A stretch of 64,000 nucleotides of DNA, from assembly GCA_963816185.1 (NCBI GenBank), contig CAWFJJ010000025.1:32001-96000 (forward strand), written 5' to 3'. Below the pieces are notes generated by a model. The model was not told the DNA's origin. It saw only the letters and a list, made by a program, of their open reading frames with translations, and did not search any database. The position numbers and the translations under genes were made by a program. Below, piece after piece: positions 32,815-42,593 of this stretch; position 1 is the stretch's first letter, and each line of letters opens with the position of its first letter. The DNA comes from Thermoanaerobaculia bacterium (lineage in GTDB: Bacteria > Acidobacteriota > Thermoanaerobaculia > UBA5066).

Positions 32815-33723
32815 TCACCTCCTCACGAGGAGAACGACGGCGAAGCCCGCGAGAAGCGTCGCGGTCACGAGGAGCTGGGGAACGCGGGCGAGCCGGAGCC
32901 GCGCCATGCTCGACTCGACGAGCCCCACGACCACGCCGGCTCCGGCGAGGCCCGCCACGAAGAGGACGAGATCGAGGGCGCTTCCTCCCGCGCGCGCCGG
33001 GATCAGGAGCGTCACGAGCAGCGTCGCGAAGACCGTGAGCTTGAGGGCGGCGCCGTACAGGATGAAGCCGAACGCGGGCCCCGCGTGGTCGAGGACCATC
33101 GCCTCGTGGATCATCGTGAGCTCGAGATGGGTGTTCGGGTCGTCGAAGGGGAGTCGCGCGTTTTCGGAGAGGAGCACGATGAACCAGCTCGCGAGGATGA
33201 GGACGACCGATGCGCTCGCCTTGTGCCATGCGCCCGCCGCACGGACGTCCAGCATGCCCGTCAGGGACAGGGAGCCCGAGAGGCGCGTGAGAGCGAGCAT
33301 TCCGAAAAGGAGCGCCGGCTCCGCGAGGGCAGAGAACGTCACCTCACGTGCGGCGCCCATCCCTTCGAAGGGCGACCCCGTGTCCATGGCCGCCGTGGCG
33401 ACGAAGAAACGCGCGAGCGCGAAGACGGCGACGAAGAGGATCATGTCCCCTTCGAACGACAGCGGTGCAGGCCGGCCCGCGAGGGGCAGGAGGAGCACCG
33501 CGACGAGCGGCGCCACGACGGCGAGGATCGGCCCCGCGAGAAACACCCACGTCGTCGTGCGGCTGGCGACGAACCCCTTGCCGAAGAGCTTGACCAGGTC
33601 GTAATAGACCTGGAAGAAGGGTGGTCCCGTGCGGCCTGCCACGAGCGCCTTCGTCTTGTTGATCACGCCGAGGAGGAGCGGCGCGAGCGCGAGGACCACG
33701 AGGAGATTGGCGATCGAGCTCAC
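32815..33723 (-). CDS. HyfC/NuoH-like membrane subunit
   Basis: GRTGPP..Q.YYDL.KL, ENARLPFDDPNTHLELTMIHE. Confidence 0.9.
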   Translation of the reverse strand: MSSIANLLVVLALAPLLLGVINKTKALVAGRTGPPFFQVYYDLVKLFGKGFVASRTTTWVFLAGPILAVVAPLVAVLLLPLAGRPAPLSFEGDMILFVAVFALARFFVATAAMDTGSPFEGMGAAREVTFSALAEPALLFGMLALTRLSGSLSLTGMLDVRAAGAWHKASASVVLILASWFIVLLSENARLPFDDPNTHLELTMIHEAMVLDHAGPAFGFILYGAALKLTVFATLLVTLLIPARAGGSALDLVLFVAGLAGAGVVVGLVESSMARLRLARVPQLLVTATLLAGFAVVLLVRR

Positions 33724-35702
33724 CACGACCAGCTCCACGCGAGGAGCACGACGAGCGTGACGACGATGTACAGGAGGTAGGTCTGGACGCGGCCGGCCTG
33801 GATGACGTGCAGGAGCTCCAGGAGCGAGCGCCCACGCGCGAAGAGAGGCAGCAGAGCGCGATCCAGAGCCGGATCTCCCGCATGGCTTTCGAACCGCGGA
33901 CCGTCCGCGGGGAAGGGGCCGGTCAGGCGCGGCCGGTGTTCGTCGGGCAGGACAGCCCAGCGAAACAGCCTCACGAGCATTGCGGCGAACGAAGAAGACG
34001 TGTACTGGATCCGCGGGCTCCCCGAGGCGTACCCGCAGCCCCACGTCGTCGTCAGCGCGGCCGGCCGCATCAGCGCCAGGCCGGCGACGCCGGCAGCGGC
34101 CATGACGGCGAGCAGGAAGAGGGGCATCCAACCGAGGGCACCGAGGTCGGCGCTCGTAGCCGTTGCGGCTTGCGCCCCGAGGAGGGCGCCCGCCGCGCGG
34201 CGGCTTACGCCCGACGCGCCGTTCGGCCAGAGGCCGATCACGGCGCAGGACAAGCCGAGGGCGCCCATCGAGAACCGCATCGAGCGGGCCGCGTCGGCGA
34301 CTTCGCGCGTCGCGTGAGGCCCGCGCGCCGTTCCCAGGAAGACGGCCGAGAAGGCCTTGACGAAGCACGCAACCGCCAGCGCGCCGATGAACGCGAGCGC
34401 CGGCGCGGCGGCGGCCGCTCCGAGCATGTCGATGCCCCCGCTCGGGCCCGTGAGGGCCCGAAAGCTCGCGAGAGAGATCAGCCACTCGCTCACGAAGCCG
34501 TTGAGAGGCGGCAGGCCCGAGATCGCGACGGCGCCGAGAAGAAAGGCGGCTCCCGTGAAGCGCATGCGCCGAAACAGGCCGCCGAGCGCGTCGATCTCCC
34601 GGGTCCCGGTCGCGTGGATCACGGCGCCGGCCGCATGGAACAGGAGCGCCTTGAAGGCCGCGTGGTTCCAGACGTGGAGGAGGCCGCCCGCGAACCCGAG
34701 CACGGCCCAGTCGAGCCGGTGCTGCGCCATCCCGAGCACGCCCACCCCGAGCCCGATCAGGATGATGCCGATGTTCTCGATCGAGTGGTACGCGAGGAGG
34801 CGCTTGAGGTCGTGCTGCGCGAGCGCCATCACGACGCCGAGGACGCCCGACGTGATGCCGAGGGCCACGAGCGCGAGGCCCAGCCATCGCGGATAGTCCG
34901 GCAGCATCGAGAGCACGCGCACGAGACCGTAGATCCCCATCTTCAGGACGACTCCCGACAGCAGAGCCGAGACATGGCTCGGGGCCGCCGCGTGCGCGCC
35001 CGGAATCCAGACGTGGAGCGGGATCACGCCCGCCTTGAGGCCGAAGCCGGCGAGCGCGAGGAGGAGGATCGGCGTGATCAGCGGGGAGGAGCCCAGCGCG
35101 GCCGAGGGTGCGAGGAGCCACGCGCCGGTGGCGTCGCGGAGCAACGCGAACATCGCGAAGAGGATCAGGGTGCTCGCGTGAGCCGATACGAAATAGATCC
35201 ATCCCGCGCGGAGCGCCGCGGCGTCGTCCTGATCCGTCGTGACGAGGAAGAAGGCGGCGAGCGAGACGATCTCCCAGCCGGCGAGGAAGCTCCAGGCGTC
35301 GCCGGCGACCATCACGAGCGCGAGACCGGCCGTGGCGAGGCCGTAGAAGAAGCGGAGCTTGCGCCCGTTCTTCGGGTGATGCGCCTCCACCCAATAGCCC
35401 TCGCCATAGATCGAGCCGAGTCCGGAGACGACGAAGACCGGCACGAGGAAGAACGCCGAGAGGCGGTCCAGCGTGAAGGTCAGCGCGCCGCCCGGCAACG
35501 GCCACGCAAGCCGCGCCGTCGCGATGTTTCCCGCGAGCGCGAAGCCCGCGGCCGCGAGGCCGAGTGCACAGCCCAGGACGTGGCACCACGTGGCGATTCG
35601 CTGTCCAGCGCGAGCTCCCGGAGGAAACAGCAAGCCGGGGAGTCCGCTGAACCCGACGAGGGCCGCCGCGACGGCCAGGAGCTCGAGCGTCGTGGGCGTC
35701 AT
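33720..35702 (-). CDS. HyfB/NuoL-like antiporter subunit
   Basis: KAGVIPLHVW, KRLLAYHSIENIG, GLPPLNGFVSE, WGCGY. Confidence 0.92.
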   Translation of the reverse strand: MTPTTLELLAVAAALVGFSGLPGLLFPPGARAGQRIATWCHVLGCALGLAAAGFALAGNIATARLAWPLPGGALTFTLDRLSAFFLVPVFVVSGLGSIYGEGYWVEAHHPKNGRKLRFFYGLATAGLALVMVAGDAWSFLAGWEIVSLAAFFLVTTDQDDAAALRAGWIYFVSAHASTLILFAMFALLRDATGAWLLAPSAALGSSPLITPILLLALAGFGLKAGVIPLHVWIPGAHAAAPSHVSALLSGVVLKMGIYGLVRVLSMLPDYPRWLGLALVALGITSGVLGVVMALAQHDLKRLLAYHSIENIGIILIGLGVGVLGMAQHRLDWAVLGFAGGLLHVWNHAAFKALLFHAAGAVIHATGTREIDALGGLFRRMRFTGAAFLLGAVAISGLPPLNGFVSEWLISLASFRALTGPSGGIDMLGAAAAAPALAFIGALAVACFVKAFSAVFLGTARGPHATREVADAARSMRFSMGALGLSCAVIGLWPNGASGVSRRAAGALLGAQAATATSADLGALGWMPLFLLAVMAAAGVAGLALMRPAALTTTWGCGYASGSPRIQYTSSSFAAMLVRLFRWAVLPDEHRPRLTGPFPADGPRFESHAGDPALDRALLPLFARGRSLLELLHVIQAGRVQTYLLYIVVTLVVLLAWSWSW

Positions 35703-36370
35703 GCGCCGGTCTTCTCGAGGGTTCGTGCCATTTCGATCAGGGCGGCAGCCGAAGCGCGGCCGCGAATCGCATCGCGAACCCCCGGGTGCTTGAGGAGAAA
35801 CGCGATCTTCGCGAGCATCTGGAGGTGAACGCGCGTGGTCGGGCTGACGAGAAAGAAAAGCGCGAAGACCTTCTGGCCGTCCGGTGCGTTGAAATCGACG
35901 GGCTGACGGAGAAGCGCGAGGGACAGGGACGGTTCGTCGGCGGAGAGAGCGATCGGATTTCGGACGTGAGGAATCGCGATTCCGTCGCCGACCGGCACGA
36001 CCGCCGCGGCGCCCCGGGCGAGGAGGAGGTGGAGAAGCGCGTCGCGGTCTCCCTCGTCGTCGAGCTTCAGCAAGGCGATGATCGACCGGAGCGCCTCCTC
36101 GCGCGTCGCTCCGCCGACGTCATGGAAAACGCCTCCGCGCTCGAGGCTCTCGGCGACCGAGGGAATGCGCTCGTCCTCGTCTTCTTCGTGGAACAACGCG
36201 GGGTCGACGGAGAGGTTGCGGGAGGTCGCCCATTCGAGGAGCTCGCTCCGGTTGATGCGGTACCGGTCGTCGATGCGGTATGCCGGAAGGCCGCCGGATT
36301 CGATCCACGCGTACACCTTCTCTTCGGGGGCGTGGAGGAGCGCCGCCGCCTCCCGAACCGTTACGCGCAT
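35699..36370 (-). CDS. Excisionase-type HTH + PTS EIIA (PtsN-like) protein
   Basis: TVREAAALL..WI..GGLPAYRI; GDGIAIPHVR. Confidence 0.88.
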   Translation of the reverse strand: MRVTVREAAALLHAPEEKVYAWIESGGLPAYRIDDRYRINRSELLEWATSRNLSVDPALFHEEDEDERIPSVAESLERGGVFHDVGGATREEALRSIIALLKLDDEGDRDALLHLLLARGAAAVVPVGDGIAIPHVRNPIALSADEPSLSLALLRQPVDFNAPDGQKVFALFFLVSPTTRVHLQMLAKIAFLLKHPGVRDAIRGRASAAALIEMARTLEKTGA

Positions 36371-36380
36371 GGGGTCTGCT

Positions 36381-37097
36381 TCACCGCGGCACCGACGCCT
36401 TCAGGCGTTCCTCCGCGTCCCGAACGGCCGCGATCACCTCGTCGGGGCCGGCGCTGGCGGTGATGCGCCGGATCAGGTCGGCGTTCCCAAAGAGCTTCAC
36501 TGCGCGCGAGATCGTGAGGAGATACCCCTGGGTCGTCCGGGCGAGGATGACGAGGATCACGCGGGGCCGGTTGCCGTTCGGGTCATGGAAGCTGACGGGC
36601 GCGCGCATCACGGCGAGCAGGATCCGCTTCCGCGAAAACCGGAAATCAGCTAGCTCGTTCGGGTGTGGGAACGCCGCGTCCTCGACGAGCGCGGTCGAGC
36701 AGAGGAGCTCGCGCGCCCGGATCGATTCGTAGAGCGCATTCCGGTCGACGCCAGGCTCGAGCGCCGCGCGCGTGACGATCCAGGAGAGCAGCTCGTCTCG
36801 CGGCTGCACCGGCACGTCGAGCCACACGTTCTCCGGCAGGAGGAGCGGGTGGATGTCGATCTCCGAGGGCGCGAGCTCCTCGAGAACCGCCTTCTGCCCT
36901 TCGATCTCGACCTTCTTGACCCGTTCGTCCAGCCAGCCGTCGATGTCGTGCTTGCGAAACCGCCACTGTGCGCCGATGCGGGCTGCGGGCAGGAGGCCCC
37001 TGTCGAGCATCCGGTAGATCGTCTTCTCCGAGACCATGAGGTACTCGGAGAGCTGCTTGATGTTGAGAATCTCGCCCGTCTGAGACTCTGGGCCCAT
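36381..37097 (-). CDS. Second excisionase-type HTH + PTS EIIA protein
   Basis: LNIKQLSEYL.VSEKTIYR..GAQWRF; RELLCSTA..AAFPHP. Confidence 0.85.
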   Translation of the reverse strand: MGPESQTGEILNIKQLSEYLMVSEKTIYRMLDRGLLPAARIGAQWRFRKHDIDGWLDERVKKVEIEGQKAVLEELAPSEIDIHPLLLPENVWLDVPVQPRDELLSWIVTRAALEPGVDRNALYESIRARELLCSTALVEDAAFPHPNELADFRFSRKRILLAVMRAPVSFHDPNGNRPRVILVILARTTQGYLLTISRAVKLFGNADLIRRITASAGPDEVIAAVRDAEERLKASVPR

Positions 37098-37110
37098 GCC
37101 TGCTTTCTTA

Positions 37111-37170
37111 CCATCGATGGACAACACTAGACATCAATGTACATCACAGACCATTCAAGGACAAGGGGTA
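37111..37170. repeat. Six imperfect direct repeats at exact 10-bp period in the AT-rich promoter of the HTH-EIIA/Ehr operon
   Basis: ccatcgatgg acaacactag acatcaatgt acatcacaga ccattcaagg acaaggggta. Confidence 0.55.
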
Positions 37171-37219
37171 TCTCACAAGACACTTATTTGGCTCGGTTTT
37201 CTGGTTTCCGGAATCCTCT

Positions 37220-38389
37220 TCAATACCTGGGCAAGGTCGGATCGATCTCCGCGGCCCAGCGGTTGATCCCGCCGGTCAGGCTCCGGACTTTGCGGAAGCC
37301 GGCGTCCATCAGGAACTGCACCGCCCTGGCGCTGCTGATGCCGAGGCGGCAGTGGACCACGATTTCGTCGGCCGTGGAGAGCTTGTTCAGGTTCGCCGGA
37401 AGAGTCCCGAGCGGGATCTTGACCGAGCCGGGAAGCTCGGAGATCGCGCTCTCGTGCGGCTCACGCACGTCCACGAGGACGAACGGGTCGCCGTCGTCCA
37501 TCATCTTCTTCAGCTCCTGCACCGTGATCACGGGCACGCCGCTCTCTCGTTTCTCCTCTTCGTGCGCACGCGGAATACCGCAGAACTCCTCGTAATCGAT
37601 GAGCCGCGTGACCGTGGGATTCGAGCCGCAGATGACGCACTCGGGGTTCTTGCGCAGCTTGAGCGTGCGGAAGCTCATGGCGAGCGCGTCCACGAGGAGC
37701 AGCCGTCCGACGAGGGATTCGCCGGCTCCGAGGATGAGCTTGATCGTCTCGGTCGCCTGGATCACGCCGAGAAGACCCGGCAGGATCCCGAGAACGCCGC
37801 CCTCCGCGCAGGAGGGGACGAGCCCCTGCGGAGGCGGATCCTGATAGAGGCAGCGGTAGCACGGGCCCTTCGGCGCCCAGAAGACCGAGGCCTGCCCTTC
37901 GAAGCGGAAGATCGAGGCGTAGGCGTTCGGCTTCCCGAGAAGGACGCAGGCGTCGTTCACGAGGTAGCGGGTCGGGAAGTTGTCGGTGCCGTCGGCGACG
38001 ACGTCGTAGTCGCGGAAGATGTCGAGCGCGTTGTCCGAGGAAAGGCGCACGGCGTGCGGGACGACCGTCACGTTCGGGTTGACGTCCTTCAGGCGCTCGG
38101 CCGCGGACTCGAGCTTCGGCCGCCCGACGTCCTTCGTGCCGTGCAGGATCTGCCGCTGAAGGTTCGAAAAGTCCACCACGTCGAAGTCCACGAGGCCGAG
38201 CGTGCCGACGCCCGCGGCCGCGAGGTAGAGCGCGAGCGGCGAGCCGAGGCCGCCCGCGCCCACGCACAGCACGCGCGCGGCCTTCAGCTTCTTCTGCCCG
38301 TCGAGGCCGACCTCCGGCATGATGAGATGTCGGGAGTAGCGCTGAAACTCCTCGCGGCTGAGGTCGTCGGCGCGGACGGGAACGGGCAT
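37220..38389 (-). CDS. moeB: MoeB/ThiF adenylyltransferase with C-terminal rhodanese domain (MoeZ-like)
   Basis: RYSRH, GAGGLGS, SNLQRQ, CYRC, SCAEGGVLG, HCRLG. Confidence 0.93.
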   Translation of the reverse strand: MPVPVRADDLSREEFQRYSRHLIMPEVGLDGQKKLKAARVLCVGAGGLGSPLALYLAAAGVGTLGLVDFDVVDFSNLQRQILHGTKDVGRPKLESAAERLKDVNPNVTVVPHAVRLSSDNALDIFRDYDVVADGTDNFPTRYLVNDACVLLGKPNAYASIFRFEGQASVFWAPKGPCYRCLYQDPPPQGLVPSCAEGGVLGILPGLLGVIQATETIKLILGAGESLVGRLLLVDALAMSFRTLKLRKNPECVICGSNPTVTRLIDYEEFCGIPRAHEEEKRESGVPVITVQELKKMMDDGDPFVLVDVREPHESAISELPGSVKIPLGTLPANLNKLSTADEIVVHCRLGISSARAVQFLMDAGFRKVRSLTGGINRWAAEIDPTLPRY

Positions 38390-38862
38390 CACGCTTCTCC
38401 TTCTCTCGAAAGCGTCGTGACGAGCTCCCCCACGAAGCGGGGGCATTCGATCTCCACCCTCTCGAAGGGAAGCTCGGGGGCGCGGATCTCCCACGCCCCG
38501 ATGTCTCGCGCCCGACCTTTCTGGACGGAGACGATGACGGTGAGGAGCCCGACCCAGGCGCAGGAGAGGTCCGTGGCGGAGGGACGCGCGGGGTGGTCCG
38601 GATGGCTGTGCCAGAAGCCGAGGAGGCGGAGACCCTGCGCATCGGCCTCACGCTCCACGCGCAGGTAGTCCTCGGGCGAGACCTCGAACTTCACGCGCGG
38701 CGTTTCCCTTTCGGTGTTCGGGAGCGGCAGCATGACGCGCGCGTGGCCTCTCTCGCCCAGCAGCGCACCGCAGCCCTCGAACGGATACGCCGACGAGGCC
38801 TCTCTCGCGATGTCCTCGAGGAGGACGTGATCGATGCGGATTAAGGACCTCTCCGGCGCCAC
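38389..38862 (-). CDS. M67/JAB (JAMM) metallopeptidase, Mec-like
   Basis: YPFEGCG, WHSHPD..PSATD. Confidence 0.9.
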   Translation of the reverse strand: MAPERSLIRIDHVLLEDIAREASSAYPFEGCGALLGERGHARVMLPLPNTERETPRVKFEVSPEDYLRVEREADAQGLRLLGFWHSHPDHPARPSATDLSCAWVGLLTVIVSVQKGRARDIGAWEIRAPELPFERVEIECPRFVGELVTTLSREGEA

Positions 38863-38937
38863 GCTCGCCTTCCTTCGTCTCCGAGCGGAAGTCTGCCTCT
38901 TCTCGGCGCACGCCGACAATCTTTTCGAGACGACGTC

Positions 38938-40479
38938 TCAGCGGAGCCGGGTCCAGTCGATCCTCTCGACGTCCCAGGTGTTGTCGATCCACAGATTCGG
39001 TGGCGGCAGCGGCTGCAGCGTGACGGTCACGCGCCAGACCTCGTTGCGCGGATAGGCGGCGAGAAGCTCGGCGCGCTTTTCGGGCAGGTCGCGCGCGAAA
39101 ACGCGCGGAGCGCGCCGCGGATCGGGTCCGTTCTCGAGCAGGAAAGATCCGTACGTCCATTCTGCGGTGTTCCCCGCGACGAGGACGAGGGCCGAGGGCC
39201 CGACGCCGGCCGCCGCGAGCCGGCGAAGCGGTTCCCCGGTATGTGCGTGGTACGCGTGTGAAAGGGCCTCGGCCTGCTCGGGCAGGAGCGTCGCGAGGGG
39301 GAAGAAGGCGAGGAAGACCACGGCGGCGGCCGTGCCCGCCGTCCGGAACCGGCCGAGGCGGAAGCGCTCGAGCAGCGACGCCGCAAGGCGACCCGCCGTT
39401 CGGAGCGCGCGCGCGACGAGGAGCGCCAGGGCTCCGAGCGCTTCGAACGCATATCGAGGACCCGAGTGGCTGATGTCGTAGAAACGAAAGAAGCTGAACC
39501 CGGCGACGAGGGCGAGAACGCACGCGGCGAGCCACGCGTCCCGCCGTCGGCCCGGCGCCGGAACGAGAAGGAAGAGGAGCGGGAGTAGATCTCCCCAGGG
39601 GAAGCCCCAGACCGTAGCGTCGAGATCGTGAAGGAACCAGGGGAAATGCGCCCAGAAGAGCTGCGAGAAGGAAAAGCCGAACGCGAAGGACGAGACCGAC
39701 AAGGACAGGGACGGGTCGTTGACGACATACCCCATGCGGAAGGGATGGCCCGAAAGGGCGAAGTTATAGGCGAGGAGGAATGCGAGAGGCGCCGTCCCGC
39801 CGAGCCCGAGAAACCCGATCGAACGCCCGAGCTCCTTGCGGCGGGCGACGAGAGCGGCGATCAGCGCGGGCAGCAGAAAGAGCACGGCGGCCTGCGGGCG
39901 AACGACGACTCCGAACGCCCCGAGAAATCCGGACGCGAGGAGCGGACGTGCGCCGCTTCCCTGGCAGCTTTCCGCGAGGAACACGAGACACCACGTGAAG
40001 ACGCACAGGCTCGCCACGTGGGGCATGAAGTCGGCTCCCATGAGCAACGCGAACGGCGAGACGGCAAGAAGGAGCGCTCCGAGCGTTCCGGTCGCCTCGT
40101 CGTAGAGGACCGTTCCGAGGCGAAAGACGCCGAGGATCGTCAGGCCGAGCAGGATCGGATTGACGAGGAACGGGGCGCCGACGAAAAACCCGGCGGCCAA
40201 GAGCAGCGGGAAGCCGGGGGGATAGAGGCTGCACCAGCGGGTCCCGCTGAGGAGAACGTTCTGGCTCTTGAACGCCTCCGGGACGGGCGGTGGCTCGAGC
40301 CACGGGCGGCCCGCCGCGAAGATCTTCCCCTGAAAAGCGTACGAGACTCCGTCGGCGACGTGCGGAACGCCGCCGAATACACGTTGTCCGAGGAAGGCGC
40401 TCACGGCCGCCGCGAAGACGGCGAGACCGGCGACGAAAACGACAGGCCGGACGGGCCAGGACCTCGGAGGCGCGCTCAA
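38938..40479 (-). CDS. GT-C (PMT/GT39-like) membrane glycosyltransferase
   Basis: Polytopic membrane protein, PHVADG.SY, YPPG.P, GPRY. Confidence 0.75.
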   Translation of the reverse strand: MSAPPRSWPVRPVVFVAGLAVFAAAVSAFLGQRVFGGVPHVADGVSYAFQGKIFAAGRPWLEPPPVPEAFKSQNVLLSGTRWCSLYPPGFPLLLAAGFFVGAPFLVNPILLGLTILGVFRLGTVLYDEATGTLGALLLAVSPFALLMGADFMPHVASLCVFTWCLVFLAESCQGSGARPLLASGFLGAFGVVVRPQAAVLFLLPALIAALVARRKELGRSIGFLGLGGTAPLAFLLAYNFALSGHPFRMGYVVNDPSLSLSVSSFAFGFSFSQLFWAHFPWFLHDLDATVWGFPWGDLLPLLFLLVPAPGRRRDAWLAACVLALVAGFSFFRFYDISHSGPRYAFEALGALALLVARALRTAGRLAASLLERFRLGRFRTAGTAAAVVFLAFFPLATLLPEQAEALSHAYHAHTGEPLRRLAAAGVGPSALVLVAGNTAEWTYGSFLLENGPDPRRAPRVFARDLPEKRAELLAAYPRNEVWRVTVTLQPLPPPNLWIDNTWDVERIDWTRLR

Positions 40480-41054
40480 AGCCCGAGGTGTTGCGCGACG
40501 ACGTCCGGGCTCGCGATCAGCGCGCCGGCCTGCCGCTTCTTCACGCGGCCGTCGGGCCCCGTCACGAGGAAGTGGGGCACGCCGCGAATGCTCATCTTTC
40601 GAGCCCATGCGCCGGAAGCGTCGACGAGGACCTCTCGCCCGATCGCGCGAGCCATCTCCGCGCATCTCGGCATCGCATCCATGCCCACGACGAACGTCGT
40701 CTCGATGCCGCGGTCCTTCACGAGGTCGGCGAGCGCGCGGTCACCCGGAAGCGAGGCCTTGCACGGGCCGCACCACGGCGCGACGTAGACGATGAGGCAT
40801 CCCTTCGCGCCGCCGCACTGCCCGGCGCGTGCGTCGCCGGCCGGGGTTCCGTCCGCGGCGAGGCGCGGCAGCAAGTCCGCCGCGATCTTCGTGGGCGCCC
40901 GCATCAAGAGCCACGCCGCGGCCGCGAGAGCGAAGAGCCCGAACAGAATCGCCCGGCCCGACGGGCCCATCGGAGGCGCCGGGCGTCCCGCATCGAAACG
41001 CGACGGCGGTGTTGCGCCTGCGGCAGGTCCGGGCGGCGGCGTGAGCGTTCCCAT
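40476..41054 (-). CDS. Membrane-anchored thioredoxin-like protein
   Basis: TM helix, APWCGPC, GVPHF. Confidence 0.8.
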   Translation of the reverse strand: MGTLTPPPGPAAGATPPSRFDAGRPAPPMGPSGRAILFGLFALAAAAWLLMRAPTKIAADLLPRLAADGTPAGDARAGQCGGAKGCLIVYVAPWCGPCKASLPGDRALADLVKDRGIETTFVVGMDAMPRCAEMARAIGREVLVDASGAWARKMSIRGVPHFLVTGPDGRVKKRQAGALIASPDVVAQHLGL

Positions 41055-41102
41055 GGCGCCATTTTCGCACCGAGGCGCCTTCCTTCCCTAGAATGGAGCA
41101 CG

Positions 41103-42107
41103 ATGCGCTGCCGGATCATCCCGCTCGTGGCCGGGTTCGCCCTTGCCGTCGGTGTCTCCGCCCCGGCCTTCGTCCTCGTCCCTCCCGATCGCCCGCTCGG
41201 AGTCGGAGACGTCGCTCCGGTGCTCGAGGTCGAGGCATGGCTTCACGGTGAGCCCGTGAATCTCTTCTCACCCGGCACCGTGTACGTGATCGAGTTCTGG
41301 GCCACGTCGTGCGGGCCGTGCGTCGCAAACGTCCCGCACCTCACGGAGCTTGCACGCGCGTATCCGGGCCGTGTGACGGTTATCGGCGCGACGAGCCCGG
41401 ACCGATCGGGGAACACGCTCGACGCAGTCGGGAAATTCATTGCGGCCAAGGGTGCGCAACTTTCGTATCACATCGCCTGGCTGCCGGCGTCCATGGGGCC
41501 GGCGGGCGAGGCCGGCATCCCCTTCAACCCCTGGTTCCGGCAGGCGGGAATGGCGAGCCTCGAGTCGCTCCCGGCCGCATTCATCGTCGACGGCCGCGGG
41601 CGCATCGCATACATCGGCGACCCCCTGACGTTGGAGGCGCCGCTCAAACGGATCATCGCGGGCGACTGGGATCTCGCCGCTGCACGGCGGCGCTGGGACG
41701 AAAGCCGTCGCGCCGAGTCGCTGCGCCAGCAGCTCGAGTCGCTCCTCCTCTCGGCGGATGTCGCGCCGGCGCGCGCGCTCGCGTTTCAGATCGTGCGCGT
41801 CCGGAGCGGCGACGATCCGCGGATTCTCAGCCTCGTGGCGTCGTCCATCGCGGCGTCTCCCCTGAAGGCGGATCGTGCTCTTCTCGACATCGCGTTCGAG
41901 GCGGCCGCTCGTTCGATTGCTCTCACGCGGCGCAAGGCGCCCGGAATGCTCGACGTACTCGCCCGGATCCAGTTCCTGCGCGGGGACGTGGCCGGGGCGA
42001 TCGAAACGGAGGAGGCCGCGGTCGCCCTCTCCGAAGGCGGCATGCAAGAGGCCGAGAAGAGGACGCTCGCCGAGTTCCGGTCGGCCGCGCCGCACGGCCC
42101 GAGATAG
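41103..42107 (+). CDS. TlpA-family redoxin with C-terminal helical/TPR-like region
   Basis: Signal peptide, EFWATSCGPC. Confidence 0.8.
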   Translation: MRCRIIPLVAGFALAVGVSAPAFVLVPPDRPLGVGDVAPVLEVEAWLHGEPVNLFSPGTVYVIEFWATSCGPCVANVPHLTELARAYPGRVTVIGATSPDRSGNTLDAVGKFIAAKGAQLSYHIAWLPASMGPAGEAGIPFNPWFRQAGMASLESLPAAFIVDGRGRIAYIGDPLTLEAPLKRIIAGDWDLAAARRRWDESRRAESLRQQLESLLLSADVAPARALAFQIVRVRSGDDPRILSLVASSIAASPLKADRALLDIAFEAAARSIALTRRKAPGMLDVLARIQFLRGDVAGAIETEEAAVALSEGGMQEAEKRTLAEFRSAAPHGPR

Positions 42108-42206
42108 CGCGCCGCCCGCGCGACTCCGGAACGCCGGCCGGGCTCCCGCCCCTTGAAGCATCTGCCTCAGGAATATTTTTCGGACCTTTGCGTTACTCTT
42201 GCAGCG

Positions 42207-42593
42207 ATGGCGCGCTCGTCCGGACCCGCATTTCGCCTTCGAGGCGCGGTCGCGGCTCTCGCCGCGCTGCTCGTATCGGTGTCGGCGCTCGCCGTCCCTC
42301 CCTCTTCCGCGAAGGCGCCGCAATGCCCGATGTCCGGAGCGCCGACGTGCTGCTGCACGGAAGGGAGCGGTCCGCAGGACTCCTCCGCGGGGTGCTGCCG
42401 CCGGGCCGTGCCCGAGGAGACGGCGCCCTCGGTTCAAGCGACCGCCTCCGCCGCCTTTTCGGCGCCCGCCGCAACGGCGAGCGATCTGCCTGATCTTCCT
42501 CTCGCCACGTCGCTTGCGGGTCCGGCGCACCGAGTCGCGCCGCGCGCCCGGTCGGCTCCTCTCTTCCTCCTTTTCGCGGTTTTCTTGATCTGA
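42207..42593 (+). CDS. Cys-rich secreted small protein, putative regulatory uORF of the cus-like operon
   Basis: Signal peptide, CPM..CCC..CC, hydrophobic C-terminal PRARSAPLFLLFAVFLI. Confidence 0.65.
   Translation: MARSSGPAFRLRGAVAALAALLVSVSALAVPPSSAKAPQCPMSGAPTCCCTEGSGPQDSSAGCCRRAVPEETAPSVQATASAAFSAPAATASDLPDLPLATSLAGPAHRVAPRARSAPLFLLFAVFLI

Noticed and set aside
30653-33604. 983-aa plus-strand ORF, and similar long ORFs such as 33807-35828, 46828-48780 and 26284-28131
   Set aside because: Antisense shadows of well-supported genes; long stop-free frames are expected at this GC content
37220-38862. CBASS/Bil-type E1-JAB antiphage system
   Set aside because: No E2, CD-NTase or Ubl gene; the E1 is an ordinary MoeB-rhodanese
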